A DNA stretch of 64,000 bases from a virus: IMG/VR virus record IMGVR_UViG_3300042453_003033, positions 4,469-68,468 of that record. One strand, 5' to 3'. Positions 46,586 to 56,507 of this stretch are shown here, one piece after another. The notes beneath the pieces were generated by a model. That model worked only from the letters and a program-made list of their open reading frames with translations. It was not told the DNA's origin and made no database searches. The translations under genes and the position numbers were made by a program. Every line of letters starts with the position of its first letter. Position 1 is the stretch's first letter.

Positions 46586-46802
46586 TCTAACCTTACACAT
46601 TAAAAAGTTTAACGATAAGCTTAAAATAATGAATCAGTCAGGGTCAAAAGACTTGACCCTATCAGCACAAGAAGCAAGAGGGCTACATGCTGATATATTC
46701 GAACTGTTAGCACACATAGCCAGATTATCTAACAAGCCACAATTCACTGACGATACAAACAAAGTGATTCAAGTATCAATGTCAGGTGGAAGTTTTAAGT
46801 AA
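46572..46802 (+). CDS. hypothetical protein
   Basis: ORF. Confidence 0.65.
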   Translation: MDPTNLTLHIKKFNDKLKIMNQSGSKDLTLSAQEARGLHADIFELLAHIARLSNKPQFTDDTNKVIQVSMSGGSFK

Positions 46803-46873
46803 AAAGATTTTTCATCTAAATTTGATAAATAATAATAGTATATTATTGAATTTATCAATTTAGAGGTGAAAAA

Positions 46874-47173
46874 ATGAGTCGGCCAAAGCCTAATGTATTA
46901 ACAGAATATGTAAACAAAAGTAATTATAAGACAGAGCAAATCTTAAGTAGTGAAGGCATCTGGGCTGTTTTCTATAATGGTCAACCTTTCAATCTTAAAT
47001 CTAGTAACATGCTCGTTAATTATCCAGGACCAAAATATAAAAAAGTTGCCTTTTCTAACAAAGGACACGCCATTAATTTGGCAAAAAAGTTAAATACTTT
47101 ATTCAAAACTAATAAGTTTGAAGTAATATTATTAAAACAAGGTGAAAAAATATACCCAAACTCAGTTGAATAA
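46874..47173 (+). CDS. hypothetical phage protein
   Basis: GAGGTG RBS; GPKYKKVAFSNKGHA.NLAKKLN. Confidence 0.75.
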   Translation: MSRPKPNVLTEYVNKSNYKTEQILSSEGIWAVFYNGQPFNLKSSNMLVNYPGPKYKKVAFSNKGHAINLAKKLNTLFKTNKFEVILLKQGEKIYPNSVE

Positions 47174-47501
47174 GATATTTGCTATTCAATCTAACAAACC
47201 TCTTATTAAGTTCAAAAATGTTATTTGGTTCAATAGTACCAATGATACTAGTTTAAGACTTACCCTGGCGGGATATAATTTTTTAGTCAAAGAATGTAAT
47301 TTGAAATCTTATTCTTTCAAGTTAAACACACCTTTTACAAATAAAATGTTGTTGCAACTAGAGAGATATTATCCAACATTTTATTTTTTAATTCCCTCTA
47401 ATCACATTTTTATAACGTTTGAGGACGAATTCACCACCTTGCTCATACTACAAGATGGTGATTTAAAAACACTGCTTTCTAATCTTGAAAATACAAATTA
47501 A
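47142..47501 (+). CDS. hypothetical protein
   Basis: ORF with SLRLT..GY motif. Confidence 0.65.
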   Translation: MKKYTQTQLNKIFAIQSNKPLIKFKNVIWFNSTNDTSLRLTLAGYNFLVKECNLKSYSFKLNTPFTNKMLLQLERYYPTFYFLIPSNHIFITFEDEFTTLLILQDGDLKTLLSNLENTN

Positions 47502-47809
47502 TCTTTGTTTTCCTTACAATTATTTTTGCTATTGTCTTTACCGCCGGACAATATAAATCCAGATAGTGTTCCAGTTAAAAACGTAGCGATAGGAATAATC
47601 AATTCAAAAAACTTTGCATCTACGGGACTTATGGCATCTAGTGGTTGAATCACAAATATTATACTGTACAACACCACAAACACGATACCCATCAACGTCA
47701 ATGCTAAACAAGTAACAATAACGGCTTTTACTCTAGCATTAAGCTCTTCAATTGTTAATCTCACACTATTTTTCTTATCTTTATCAATTACGGTAATATC
47801 TTCGGACAT
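47498..47809 (-). CDS. two-TM membrane protein
   Basis: Two hydrophobic helices; AAGGA RBS. Confidence 0.7.
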   Translation of the reverse strand: MSEDITVIDKDKKNSVRLTIEELNARVKAVIVTCLALTLMGIVFVVLYSIIFVIQPLDAISPVDAKFFELIIPIATFLTGTLSGFILSGGKDNSKNNCKENKD

Positions 47810-47958
47810 GTTCTAGTTTCCTTGCAAATTTCTGGCTTACATTCATGTAAGTGTCTTTTCTCTGGATCTTGACAAGGATATCTATATCCTTCTTGACATC
47901 CAACGAGAATCACAACACTTAGTATTGATAAAATATATTTAGTGGCATAATTTATCAT
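47788..47958 (-). CDS. small Cys-rich lipoprotein (56 aa, not in ORF track)
   Basis: MINYATKYILSILSVVILVGC lipobox, then YRYPCQDP...CKPEIC..T.TCP; AGGAG RBS. Confidence 0.75.
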   Translation of the reverse strand: MINYATKYILSILSVVILVGCQEGYRYPCQDPEKRHLHECKPEICKETRTCPKILP

Positions 47959-47977
47959 TTAAAAACTCCTAAAATTA

Positions 47978-48496
47978 TTAGCTATTTGTTTGCATTCCAA
48001 CATCATATACTATGATGCTTATCCAGGCTAAAATTAAAATGCAAATAACTATAACTATGGTTGCTAGGCCATAATTTATTACAGCATCAAAAAATGCTTT
48101 ACGTCTTCTCATTTGTTCGTAAATCATTTTCTCTCTTTTTTCTTTAATACTTCTACGTATTTGTACAAATTCTCTGTATCCTTCCTGGCCTAAATGTTGT
48201 AAATTTCCATATAAGAACATTTGATAAATTTCTTTTTCCATCGAGTGAATTTTTTGCTTTGCTATAAATGTATCAAAGGCTTCAGATGTTTCACTTTTAG
48301 AAAACCCTATTTTCTCAAACAGTCCTGGTCTTTTATTTTCCTGTTGCCTTATACATTCTTGTAAATCACTTGCTGCGTCTGCCCACTGACTTAGTTGTGA
48401 ATATACATCTTGAACTTCTCTGCCTATCTCCACGGCTCTTTTTACTCCATTAAACGCAGTAGTTACCATCGCAAGTGCTGATACTGGATCAATCAT
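47978..48496 (-). CDS. helical protein with C-terminal TM anchor
   Basis: MIDPVSALAM start; AAGGA RBS. Confidence 0.7.
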   Translation of the reverse strand: MIDPVSALAMVTTAFNGVKRAVEIGREVQDVYSQLSQWADAASDLQECIRQQENKRPGLFEKIGFSKSETSEAFDTFIAKQKIHSMEKEIYQMFLYGNLQHLGQEGYREFVQIRRSIKEKREKMIYEQMRRRKAFFDAVINYGLATIVIVICILILAWISIIVYDVGMQTNS

Positions 48497-48598
48497 ATTT
48501 TTCCTTTTTTGGAGAATTTTTGAAATTCAATGTACCAGTATGTAAACTTCCTCCTTGCATTTATTTACATAATTTTTGATTTTTTTAAAGTGCTGACT

Positions 48599-48627
48599 TT
48601 GACAAAAAATCGGCAATGCTATAGAAT
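48599..48627 (+). promoter_or_regulatory. sigma70-type early promoter
   Basis: TTGACA-17 nt-TAGAAT. Confidence 0.75.
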
Positions 48628-48654
48628 AGCACCATCTTAACTCTGAAAATCTTT

Positions 48655-48852
48655 ATGAACAGTCTTCCCATCAAAATCGGCAATGTCATCAATAGCATTG
48701 ACCCAGAATTTAGGATTCCGATCATGAATGCACTATCGTGCAGTGACGGTACCTATCTAAGCTTTCATAGCGAACTAATTTCCCAACAATGGGACTATCC
48801 AGAACTACCGATTGAAAAAATCATTGACGATATTTGCTGGGATGTTGCATAA
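48655..48852 (+). CDS. hypothetical protein
   Basis: ORF directly downstream of the promoter. Confidence 0.55.
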   Translation: MNSLPIKIGNVINSIDPEFRIPIMNALSCSDGTYLSFHSELISQQWDYPELPIEKIIDDICWDVA

Positions 48853-48921
48853 AAACAACAGACAGAAAATACGGTTAGCTATACAATATCTTCATTACCT
48901 CAATTTTACAGGAGCATTTAA

Positions 48922-50031
48922 ATGGCAAAAGAAACTATCACCGAAAATCGTACCGTTACCGCAGTTACTGCCCGTCGCGCCATTATGGCGTGCTTTAAGC
49001 ACCAACGTCCAGTATTTCTATGGGGTCCCCCAGGTATTGGCAAGAGTGAGATTGTTGCCAACATTGCTCAAGAACTGAATGGCGCATTCATTGATTTGCG
49101 TCTGGCTCAAATGGAGCCTACCGATCTTCGCGGCATTCCATTTTTCAACAAAGATAATGGCAAGATGGACTGGGCTCCTCCTATCGATCTGCCGGATGAA
49201 GAATTTGCTAGTAAGTACCCAGTGGTAGTTCTTTTCCTTGATGAAATGAACTCCGCCGCACCTAGCATTCAAGCTAGTGCATATCAACTAATTCTTAATC
49301 GTGGCGTCGGCAAATATAAGCTGCCAGAGAATGTGGTAATGGTTGCAGCGGGTAATCGTGAAAGCGATAAGGGCGTTACCTACCGTATGCCTGCTCCACT
49401 TGCCAATCGATTTATTCACCTGGAAATGCGGGTCGATCACGGTAGTTGGGAATTGTGGGCTACTCAAAATCGAATCCACAAGGACGTGGTAGGCTATGTT
49501 GGCTTTGCAAAGCAAGACCTACACGATTTTGATCCACGTAGTTCTAGCCGTAGTTTCGCTACACCTCGTAGCTGGTCGTTCGTATCTTCACTACTATATG
49601 ATGACACCATCAGTGATACCGATCTTACCGATCTGATTTCGGGCGCCGTAGGCGAAGGTGTTGCGGTTAAGTTTATGGCTCATCGCAAGATTTCTGGTCT
49701 TCTGCCAACACCTGAACATGTCCTATCAGGTAAAATTACCACACTGAACACCAAAGAAATCAGTGCCATGTACTCACTGACTATTTCTTTGTGCTATACT
49801 CTACAGGATGAGCTAAAGAAACTTAACGGTAAGCCAAACGAAGAATGGTTCAAAATGTGCGATTACTTCTTCCGTTTTGCGATGGACAATTTCACAACCG
49901 AACTTTCAGTGATGGGAGCCCGAGTAGCACTAACTACCTACGCACTACCAATTATTCCGAATAAGTTGAAGAACTTTGATGAATTCTTCAAGCGTTTTGG
50001 TAAGTACATCACTAACGCAAACAATAAATAA
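48922..50031 (+). CDS. MoxR-like AAA+ ATPase
   Basis: GPPGIGKS, DLRG, FLDEMN, AAGN, LANRF and TPRSW motifs. Confidence 0.9.
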   Translation: MAKETITENRTVTAVTARRAIMACFKHQRPVFLWGPPGIGKSEIVANIAQELNGAFIDLRLAQMEPTDLRGIPFFNKDNGKMDWAPPIDLPDEEFASKYPVVVLFLDEMNSAAPSIQASAYQLILNRGVGKYKLPENVVMVAAGNRESDKGVTYRMPAPLANRFIHLEMRVDHGSWELWATQNRIHKDVVGYVGFAKQDLHDFDPRSSSRSFATPRSWSFVSSLLYDDTISDTDLTDLISGAVGEGVAVKFMAHRKISGLLPTPEHVLSGKITTLNTKEISAMYSLTISLCYTLQDELKKLNGKPNEEWFKMCDYFFRFAMDNFTTELSVMGARVALTTYALPIIPNKLKNFDEFFKRFGKYITNANNK

Positions 50032-50040
50032 GGTCTATAT

Positions 50041-51321
50041 ATGGCAACTACTTCTTCAGAAAAACGTATCGGTGGCAGACTGTCAGAGCGGGTAGACCCT
50101 GCCGCAGACACCGCCGCGCGTGAAAAACTAATTACCGCAAGAATTGCGCTACTTCTGACCGCGCCGTTTTTCGGAAATCTAGCAACCAGGCTCAAGTTGG
50201 TAAATGCCGATGATTGGCTGACTACTGCCGCGACTGACGGACGTAGTTTTTACTACAATACCGAATTTGTCAACGGTCTGACGGCTGGAGAATTGCAATT
50301 CCTGTTTGGCCATGAAGTGCTGCACAATGTATATGATCATATCGGCCGAACTGGTGATTTTCGTGATCGGCGTCTATTTAATTGTGCTGCTGATTTTTGT
50401 GTAAATGCTGATCTTATCGATCAAAAGATTGGCACTCAAATTAATCCGTGCCTATACGATAAAAAGTATAATGGCTGGAGTGCCGAAGAGGTATACGATG
50501 ATCTATACAAAAACGCCGAAAAAATTGATCTAGAAGGTCTTATCTCGAAAATGCTCGATGAGCATATGGAAGATGATAGCAACGGATCTGGAGATAACGA
50601 TCAAGACGGAGACGAAAAAGGTTCTTCTGGAAAGAAGAAACTGTCTCTATCTGAGGAAGAAAAGAAACAACTTCGTGATGAAATTCGCCAATCGGTACTA
50701 CAAGCAGCACAAAGTGCAGGTAGTGGTAATGTTCCAATGGGAGTAAAACGGCTAATCAACGAATTGACCAAGCCAGTGGTTAATTGGCGCGAATTGCTAC
50801 AACAACAAATCCAATCAACTATTAAGGACGATTTTAGCTGGCTTAAGCCTAATCGTCGTGGCTGGCATATGGACGCCGTGATGCCTGGTATGAAGCCAGG
50901 CACTCAAATTGACGTATGTATTGCTATCGATACTTCAGGTAGTATTGGTGAAGATGATATTAAGGCTTTTCTGAGTGAGATTCGTGGTATCATGGAATCC
51001 TACGATGAATATAACATTCAAGTATGGAGTTTTGACACCGATATTTACAATCATCAGACCTTTTCATCAGATAATATGGAAAGTATTGAAACTTATCAGC
51101 CAGCTGGTGGTGGCGGTACAGATTTCACGGTAAACTGGAAATACATGAAAGAAAACAACATTGAACCCAAGAAGTTCATCATGTTCACGGACGGTATGCC
51201 ATTTGCTTCATGGGGTGATCCAGACTATTGCGACACTGTATTTATCATCAAGGGTAATCAAAATGCAGAGCCACCATTTGGCGTATGGGCTATCTATGAA
51301 CGGGAAAAAGAAGCAGCCTAA
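50041..51321 (+). CDS. HExxH metallopeptidase-like + VWA domain protein (MoxR partner)
   Basis: TAATDG, HEVLH, DTSGS, GGGGTDF and FTDG motifs. Confidence 0.88.
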   Translation: MATTSSEKRIGGRLSERVDPAADTAAREKLITARIALLLTAPFFGNLATRLKLVNADDWLTTAATDGRSFYYNTEFVNGLTAGELQFLFGHEVLHNVYDHIGRTGDFRDRRLFNCAADFCVNADLIDQKIGTQINPCLYDKKYNGWSAEEVYDDLYKNAEKIDLEGLISKMLDEHMEDDSNGSGDNDQDGDEKGSSGKKKLSLSEEEKKQLRDEIRQSVLQAAQSAGSGNVPMGVKRLINELTKPVVNWRELLQQQIQSTIKDDFSWLKPNRRGWHMDAVMPGMKPGTQIDVCIAIDTSGSIGEDDIKAFLSEIRGIMESYDEYNIQVWSFDTDIYNHQTFSSDNMESIETYQPAGGGGTDFTVNWKYMKENNIEPKKFIMFTDGMPFASWGDPDYCDTVFIIKGNQNAEPPFGVWAIYEREKEAA

Positions 51322-51588
51322 ATGTTAAAGTATGGCATTATTAATCCACTAAATGTGCATGGACAGAGAAAATTAGATTTCTGTCCACCACATTTTGAGC
51401 GAATTTATTTTGATATAAAAACAGATCAAAAAAATATAATTTTGTGGATTCTAGAAAATCTGGAAGGTAGATTTTTTATTGGCGAAGTTACTGACGACAA
51501 ACACTTTAGAAAATGTGTTGCATTTGAAAATCATTCTGAAAAAATGATTTTTGCACTTCAACTTGACGTTATTAATACGTGGAAATAA
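51322..51588 (+). CDS. hypothetical protein
   Basis: ORF. Confidence 0.65.
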   Translation: MLKYGIINPLNVHGQRKLDFCPPHFERIYFDIKTDQKNIILWILENLEGRFFIGEVTDDKHFRKCVAFENHSEKMIFALQLDVINTWK

Positions 51589-51638
51589 AAATATTTCATT
51601 CTTTTACGTCGAGCTTAAATATATAAAAGGAATACATT

Positions 51639-51842
51639 ATGTCTGATACTGATACAAAAAATACAAATGAGGTGCAAATTCCTGCTTCAGAAATGTTAAC
51701 ACTACTTAGTAGCATTCAACTTGCTAGTACTAGGGGCGCCTTTCGTCCTGAAGAGTTTGTGAACATTGGTTCAGCATATGAAAAATTGTTTTCATTTCTA
51801 ACAGATATTGGTGTCTTAAAAAGAGCCACTGATCAAAACTAA
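51639..51842 (+). CDS. hypothetical protein
   Basis: AAGGA RBS; ASTRGAFRPEE motif. Confidence 0.65.
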   Translation: MSDTDTKNTNEVQIPASEMLTLLSSIQLASTRGAFRPEEFVNIGSAYEKLFSFLTDIGVLKRATDQN

Positions 51843-51858
51843 TTTTAAGGAAAAATAG

Positions 51859-52548
51859 ATGTCCAATGTTATAAAACATGTAGGTAAACATAGCAGTAAA
51901 AGGGTTATTGTTTTATTTAAAACTGTTCCCGGCGAAGAACATATGTGCTTAGTAGTATATCCAGAAACTTTGCCAAAGCATATTCATGATGATATTATGA
52001 AAGCCTTGGAAAGTGATGCTGGGCAACAAGCAAAAGAATTTAGTGATTATCTTTTTAGATATACACTAAGTGATGGCAATAATGCTCTAGCTACCCTGCA
52101 TAAAGAAGGCATGATTAAAAAAGTTCCAACCAATCAAGTAATAATTACTCCTAATGCCAAGAGTACTGTTCGATTAGATGAACTTAATAACATCCTAATA
52201 AAGTTAGAGCAGGGCGAAGCTGCGGTAAAAGAACTAGCAGAATTAGACGCTAATGCTGGATTGGTCGGCAAAAAACGTGTTAGAGAACAAAAAGACTTGG
52301 GTGAAGTAAGGGTTCCGTCAGTAAGTAGAAGTCAGCCTGCACAAGTAAATACTAATATTGCACTAAACGAAGTACTAAGTGATGCTGATTTGGCAAAACA
52401 ACGTCTTGAACAAGCTAGAAAAATGCAATCTGATGCGAAGGCATTGCTTGCAGAGGCAGAAAGGCTTCAAAATGAAGCAGCACAATTAGACGGATCCACT
52501 ACAGTAAATGCCAGCAAACCAAAAAAGACCAAAGTCAAAGAAACTTAA
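51859..52548 (+). CDS. hypothetical phage protein
   Basis: ORF with AAGGA RBS. Confidence 0.75.
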   Translation: MSNVIKHVGKHSSKRVIVLFKTVPGEEHMCLVVYPETLPKHIHDDIMKALESDAGQQAKEFSDYLFRYTLSDGNNALATLHKEGMIKKVPTNQVIITPNAKSTVRLDELNNILIKLEQGEAAVKELAELDANAGLVGKKRVREQKDLGEVRVPSVSRSQPAQVNTNIALNEVLSDADLAKQRLEQARKMQSDAKALLAEAERLQNEAAQLDGSTTVNASKPKKTKVKET

Positions 52549-52840
52549 TACAAGTATAAGAAAACGCTGGCAAGAAATACTTAAGGATGTCGAGAAGAAA
52601 GAAGTTCCTATTCATGTTTTAGATAAATTGATCATCAATTTACATGATGGAACTTCTATAATTATTGAAATAAAAAATCTCATCGATGAAGGTATAGATC
52701 CAGAAGTTATAGAGGATCAAATTTCAGAACATCTAGAAAATCTAGCAGATAATGTCTTTAACGTAGATTTTTTTGTAGACGTAAAACTTGTAGAAAAAAC
52801 TGTTCAACCAGAAACTGATAAACTTTTATCTAAATTATGA
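52508..52840 (+). CDS. hypothetical protein
   Basis: ORF. Confidence 0.65.
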   Translation: MPANQKRPKSKKLNTSIRKRWQEILKDVEKKEVPIHVLDKLIINLHDGTSIIIEIKNLIDEGIDPEVIEDQISEHLENLADNVFNVDFFVDVKLVEKTVQPETDKLLSKL

Positions 52841-53343
52841 TTAAATCTATTTTCGCCGTAGATTACTGGGGTAATCTGGGCCATAAAGGATCATTGCCAT
52901 GGCCTCATCTTAAAGAAGATATGAAATATTTTAAAGAGATGACGACCGGCCACGTAGTAGTAATGGGTAGAAAAACATGGGATGATCCTAAATTTCCTAA
53001 GCCACTGCCAGACAGAATCAACTACGTTATAACTAATAAGCCACTTACGGGTTATGATGATGTAAAAACTATCAGTGGTGATTTGACCAAAGAAATAAAA
53101 AAATTAGAGTTGATATATCCATCTAAAATTATTTGGATTATAGGTGGTGCAAAAATTCTTGAGTCAACTAAAAATTTGGTAGATGAAGCACATGTCACAC
53201 ACATAAAAGGTCAGTATTTTGCTGATACGAAAGTAGATTTAAAAAACTATCTTCGTTGGTTTAGGGCATTCAGTGCTTGTCCTAGTAAGGACGGCCGCTG
53301 TAATTGGACTTCTTATAAAAACATTGACATTTTTAGAGCCTAA
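52837..53343 (+). CDS. folA: dihydrofolate reductase
   Basis: LPW...EDMKYFK..T, MGRKTW, PLPDR.N and IIGGA motifs. Confidence 0.95.
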   Translation: MIKSIFAVDYWGNLGHKGSLPWPHLKEDMKYFKEMTTGHVVVMGRKTWDDPKFPKPLPDRINYVITNKPLTGYDDVKTISGDLTKEIKKLELIYPSKIIWIIGGAKILESTKNLVDEAHVTHIKGQYFADTKVDLKNYLRWFRAFSACPSKDGRCNWTSYKNIDIFRA

Positions 53344-53346
53344 TCT

Positions 53347-54270
53347 ATGCAACAATATCACGATGCACTATCCTATGTGCTAAATCATGGCACAAAAGCA
53401 ATTGACAGGACAGGCGTAGGCACTATACGAACATTTGGTCAACAATTGACTTTTGATCTTTCTGAAGGATTTCCTGCGGTAACTACCAAAAAGTTAGCAT
53501 GGAAATCTGTAGTAAGTGAATTGCTATGGTTTATTGAAGGCAGCAACGATGACAATAGACTAAAAGAAATATTGTATGGTGATCGTAATAGTACAAAAAA
53601 TACTATATGGACTGCTAATGCGAATGCTCCTTATTGGAAGAGTAAAAGTAAGCATAGTGGCGATCTTGGCAGAATCTATGGTGTACAGTGGAGACACTGG
53701 CTTAAGTATATTCCAAGGCAGCTAGGTACATTCAGAGATGATTTTGGCAACGTATACCGTCGTACTAATACTACTCAAGTAGTAGAAATAGATCAATTAA
53801 AACAACTAATTTTCAACTTAAAAAATGATCCATTCAGTAGACGACATATTTTAACAGCATGGAATGTAGGCGAATTAGATCAAATGGCATTGCCACCATG
53901 TCATTGCTTTGCACAGTTTTTTGTAGAACAAGATGGTGATGATTACAAACTTAGTTGCCAAATGTATCAACGTAGCTGTGATCTATTTTTAGGTGTTCCA
54001 TTCAATATTGCTAGCTATAGTCTGCTTACACATATGATTGCACAAGTATGTGATATGAAAGTTGGCAAATTTATTCATGTTTTAGGTGATTCACATATCT
54101 ATCTAAATCATATTGAACAAGTAAAAGAACAACTAAGTAGAGAACACTATAAACTGCCAACATTAAAGTTGAATCCTAGTATCAAAAATATTGATGGATT
54201 TAAAATGTCAGATATAGAGTTAGTTGACTATGTAAGTCATCCAGCAATTAACGCTGTAATGGCAGTTTAA
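53347..54270 (+). CDS. thyA: thymidylate synthase
   Basis: DRTGVGT, ELLWF, MALPPCH, YQRSCD.FLGVPFNIASY and HIY.NH motifs. Confidence 0.97.
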   Translation: MQQYHDALSYVLNHGTKAIDRTGVGTIRTFGQQLTFDLSEGFPAVTTKKLAWKSVVSELLWFIEGSNDDNRLKEILYGDRNSTKNTIWTANANAPYWKSKSKHSGDLGRIYGVQWRHWLKYIPRQLGTFRDDFGNVYRRTNTTQVVEIDQLKQLIFNLKNDPFSRRHILTAWNVGELDQMALPPCHCFAQFFVEQDGDDYKLSCQMYQRSCDLFLGVPFNIASYSLLTHMIAQVCDMKVGKFIHVLGDSHIYLNHIEQVKEQLSREHYKLPTLKLNPSIKNIDGFKMSDIELVDYVSHPAINAVMAV

Positions 54271-54764
54271 ACTTTAGTGACTTTAATATTACAACGTTTT
54301 AAGAAGTTTAAACCATCTAAGGATCTATATTCTGTACTGTAGAAAACTTCTTTAATACCTGATCCAAAAATACTTTTGGCACATTCTAAGCAAGGCGCAT
54401 GTGTGATAAACATATATGCGCCTTCTCCGCTTTCGTGGCTACGTCCTAATTTATCTAATGCATTACGTTCTGCATGCATAACTTCCGGCTTTGTCTTTAG
54501 TTTGTATCGCTTACCAGCATCGTCGGTATATGGGAACGCAGCATCAAATTGATCCGAATATTTCTCGTAGTCACCTAGAAGTTCATCTGGATAAATTCTA
54601 TCCTCACATGTATTGTCCCACCCAACGGGTGTGCCATTATATCCTATAGAAATTATTCTATTGTCTTTGACTACAATCGCACCTACTTTAAGTCTTATCG
54701 CAGTGCTGCAATCGGCAAATGTTTTTGCAGTCTGCATATATGCTTGTAACAGTTTTTCTTTCAT
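54267..54764 (-). CDS. dCMP deaminase
   Basis: VGAIVV, GYNG, HAE.NA and PC.EC motifs. Confidence 0.92.
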   Translation of the reverse strand: MKEKLLQAYMQTAKTFADCSTAIRLKVGAIVVKDNRIISIGYNGTPVGWDNTCEDRIYPDELLGDYEKYSDQFDAAFPYTDDAGKRYKLKTKPEVMHAERNALDKLGRSHESGEGAYMFITHAPCLECAKSIFGSGIKEVFYSTEYRSLDGLNFLKRCNIKVTKV

Positions 54765-55864
54765 ACAAAATTATATCCTAAACTTTTACTATACTCTTCT
54801 AACCATTGCCAACTGAAACTTAACTTCAATTTGGCTAAATCGCCAGACACATCTGAGTAGTATTTTAGCGCATCTTTTGCTCCAAGTAAAGAATATTCTG
54901 CGTTTTCACCATTTGCGATAGTGGTCCAAATTTGCAATCTTTCATTTGATTCGTAATCGCCATGATCTGCGCTATACTTTAATTTTAGTACTTCTCTAAA
55001 AGCAGTTCGCCATGTTATCAATGATGTAACATTAAAACGTGCAATACCAGCACTAATAGGAACTATATCATGTGCTCCGCTCATTGTAAAATCTAATCCG
55101 TAGTCTATAGTATTTTTTACAATTTCACAGTTGTAAGCAACCGGTGCCATATGACCATAACATAATCCGTTAACTGGATTATCCGAATAAAAAATATAAT
55201 GTTTAGGCGACACTAATCTATTTGGTTGCCAAGAAAAATCAAAATTTTTGTACACTTCAATTTTAGCAGGAAACACTAATACCCACTGCGTATCACTTAC
55301 TTCTGCACATTTACGTATTGCGTTTTCTCTACCTACTATTCCTCGAACCCACTTTATCTTTCTGTTTGCCGATTCACAAAGTAGTTTGTAATTTCTTTCT
55401 TCACAGTCTTCACCATTGCTGAGAAAAACTATATCAATATTTTTTATTTTAACATTTAAATCAGTTTGATATTTAACTTGATCAGATATTCCTTTATACT
55501 TAATGCAGGGCAGTTCTTCTACAGAATAAAGTTGGGAGCCAAACAATTGAACATATGGTTCATAGCTAGGTGGATGCCAACTAAAATCAAAAGTATCTAA
55601 ATCTAGATCAGATTGAATAATTTCCCAATTATCCATATTTGGCAATGCGGTTGCTTTTGGGTGTTTATGATATTTTATTTCTGTTGCGCCACGCACTATA
55701 TATCTTGGTCCACCATCTTTTTGCCACTGTGTGCCAAATTGATGTATATATGGCTTGTCTGTTGAATTTGGGCGCCAATTAAAATCCCAACTATCTTTAT
55801 CAATTTCTACGGTTTCAGGTAATACCCATTTACCCGGTAAAATTCGTTGATCATTTGAAAACAT
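54761..55864 (-). CDS. glycosyltransferase-like protein (paralog of 61373..62296)
   Basis: DIVFLSNGE, NPVNGLCYG, WRTAFREVLKL; probable ATG at 55864. Confidence 0.6.
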   Translation of the reverse strand: MFSNDQRILPGKWVLPETVEIDKDSWDFNWRPNSTDKPYIHQFGTQWQKDGGPRYIVRGATEIKYHKHPKATALPNMDNWEIIQSDLDLDTFDFSWHPPSYEPYVQLFGSQLYSVEELPCIKYKGISDQVKYQTDLNVKIKNIDIVFLSNGEDCEERNYKLLCESANRKIKWVRGIVGRENAIRKCAEVSDTQWVLVFPAKIEVYKNFDFSWQPNRLVSPKHYIFYSDNPVNGLCYGHMAPVAYNCEIVKNTIDYGLDFTMSGAHDIVPISAGIARFNVTSLITWRTAFREVLKLKYSADHGDYESNERLQIWTTIANGENAEYSLLGAKDALKYYSDVSGDLAKLKLSFSWQWLEEYSKSLGYNFV

Positions 55865-55874
55865 AAGTATATTT

Positions 55875-56507
55875 ATGGACACACTAAATCTAACAGATAT
55901 AATTCATTGGTTTAATGCCATTCGCAATTTGCCAGAAAATCAAAGATATCGAGCATTAGAAGGCATGTGGGATACTCAACTGCATAGTAAAAAATGGATA
56001 GTTGATGAACTTAATGCTATTCTAAGTTCAGATTCACGAAATCATAACGTATATGTATTCGGTGGTTGGATTGGAATACTAAGCAGCATGTTATTTCAAC
56101 GTAGTAAATTTACTATTAACAAAATCCGTAGCATTGACATTGATCCTTGGTGCGAATCAGTAGCTGACACTGTTTGTAAGCCTTATGAAATGGACGGCTG
56201 GCAATTTAAGGCCCGTACTTCTGATATGTGTGAATTTGAATATGAACACAACCTGAGCCCATCTATAGTTATTAATACAAGCAGTGAACATATTGATCAA
56301 AATACATATGATGTTTGGTATGATTCAATTCCTAAAAACGTATTAGTGGTTGTACAGAGTAACAATTTTTATGATTGCAGTGAACATATAAGATGCGTAT
56401 CATCTATTCAAGAGTTCAAGACAAAAAATCACGTATCAAACGTTTTATATGAAGGTATGTTAGATTCTAAAAACTATACACGGTATATGTGTATTTGGGT
56501 TAAATAA
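55875..56507 (+). CDS. class I SAM-dependent methyltransferase-like protein
   Basis: VFGGWIG, SIDID and INTSSEH motifs. Confidence 0.7.
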   Translation: MDTLNLTDIIHWFNAIRNLPENQRYRALEGMWDTQLHSKKWIVDELNAILSSDSRNHNVYVFGGWIGILSSMLFQRSKFTINKIRSIDIDPWCESVADTVCKPYEMDGWQFKARTSDMCEFEYEHNLSPSIVINTSSEHIDQNTYDVWYDSIPKNVLVVVQSNNFYDCSEHIRCVSSIQEFKTKNHVSNVLYEGMLDSKNYTRYMCIWVK

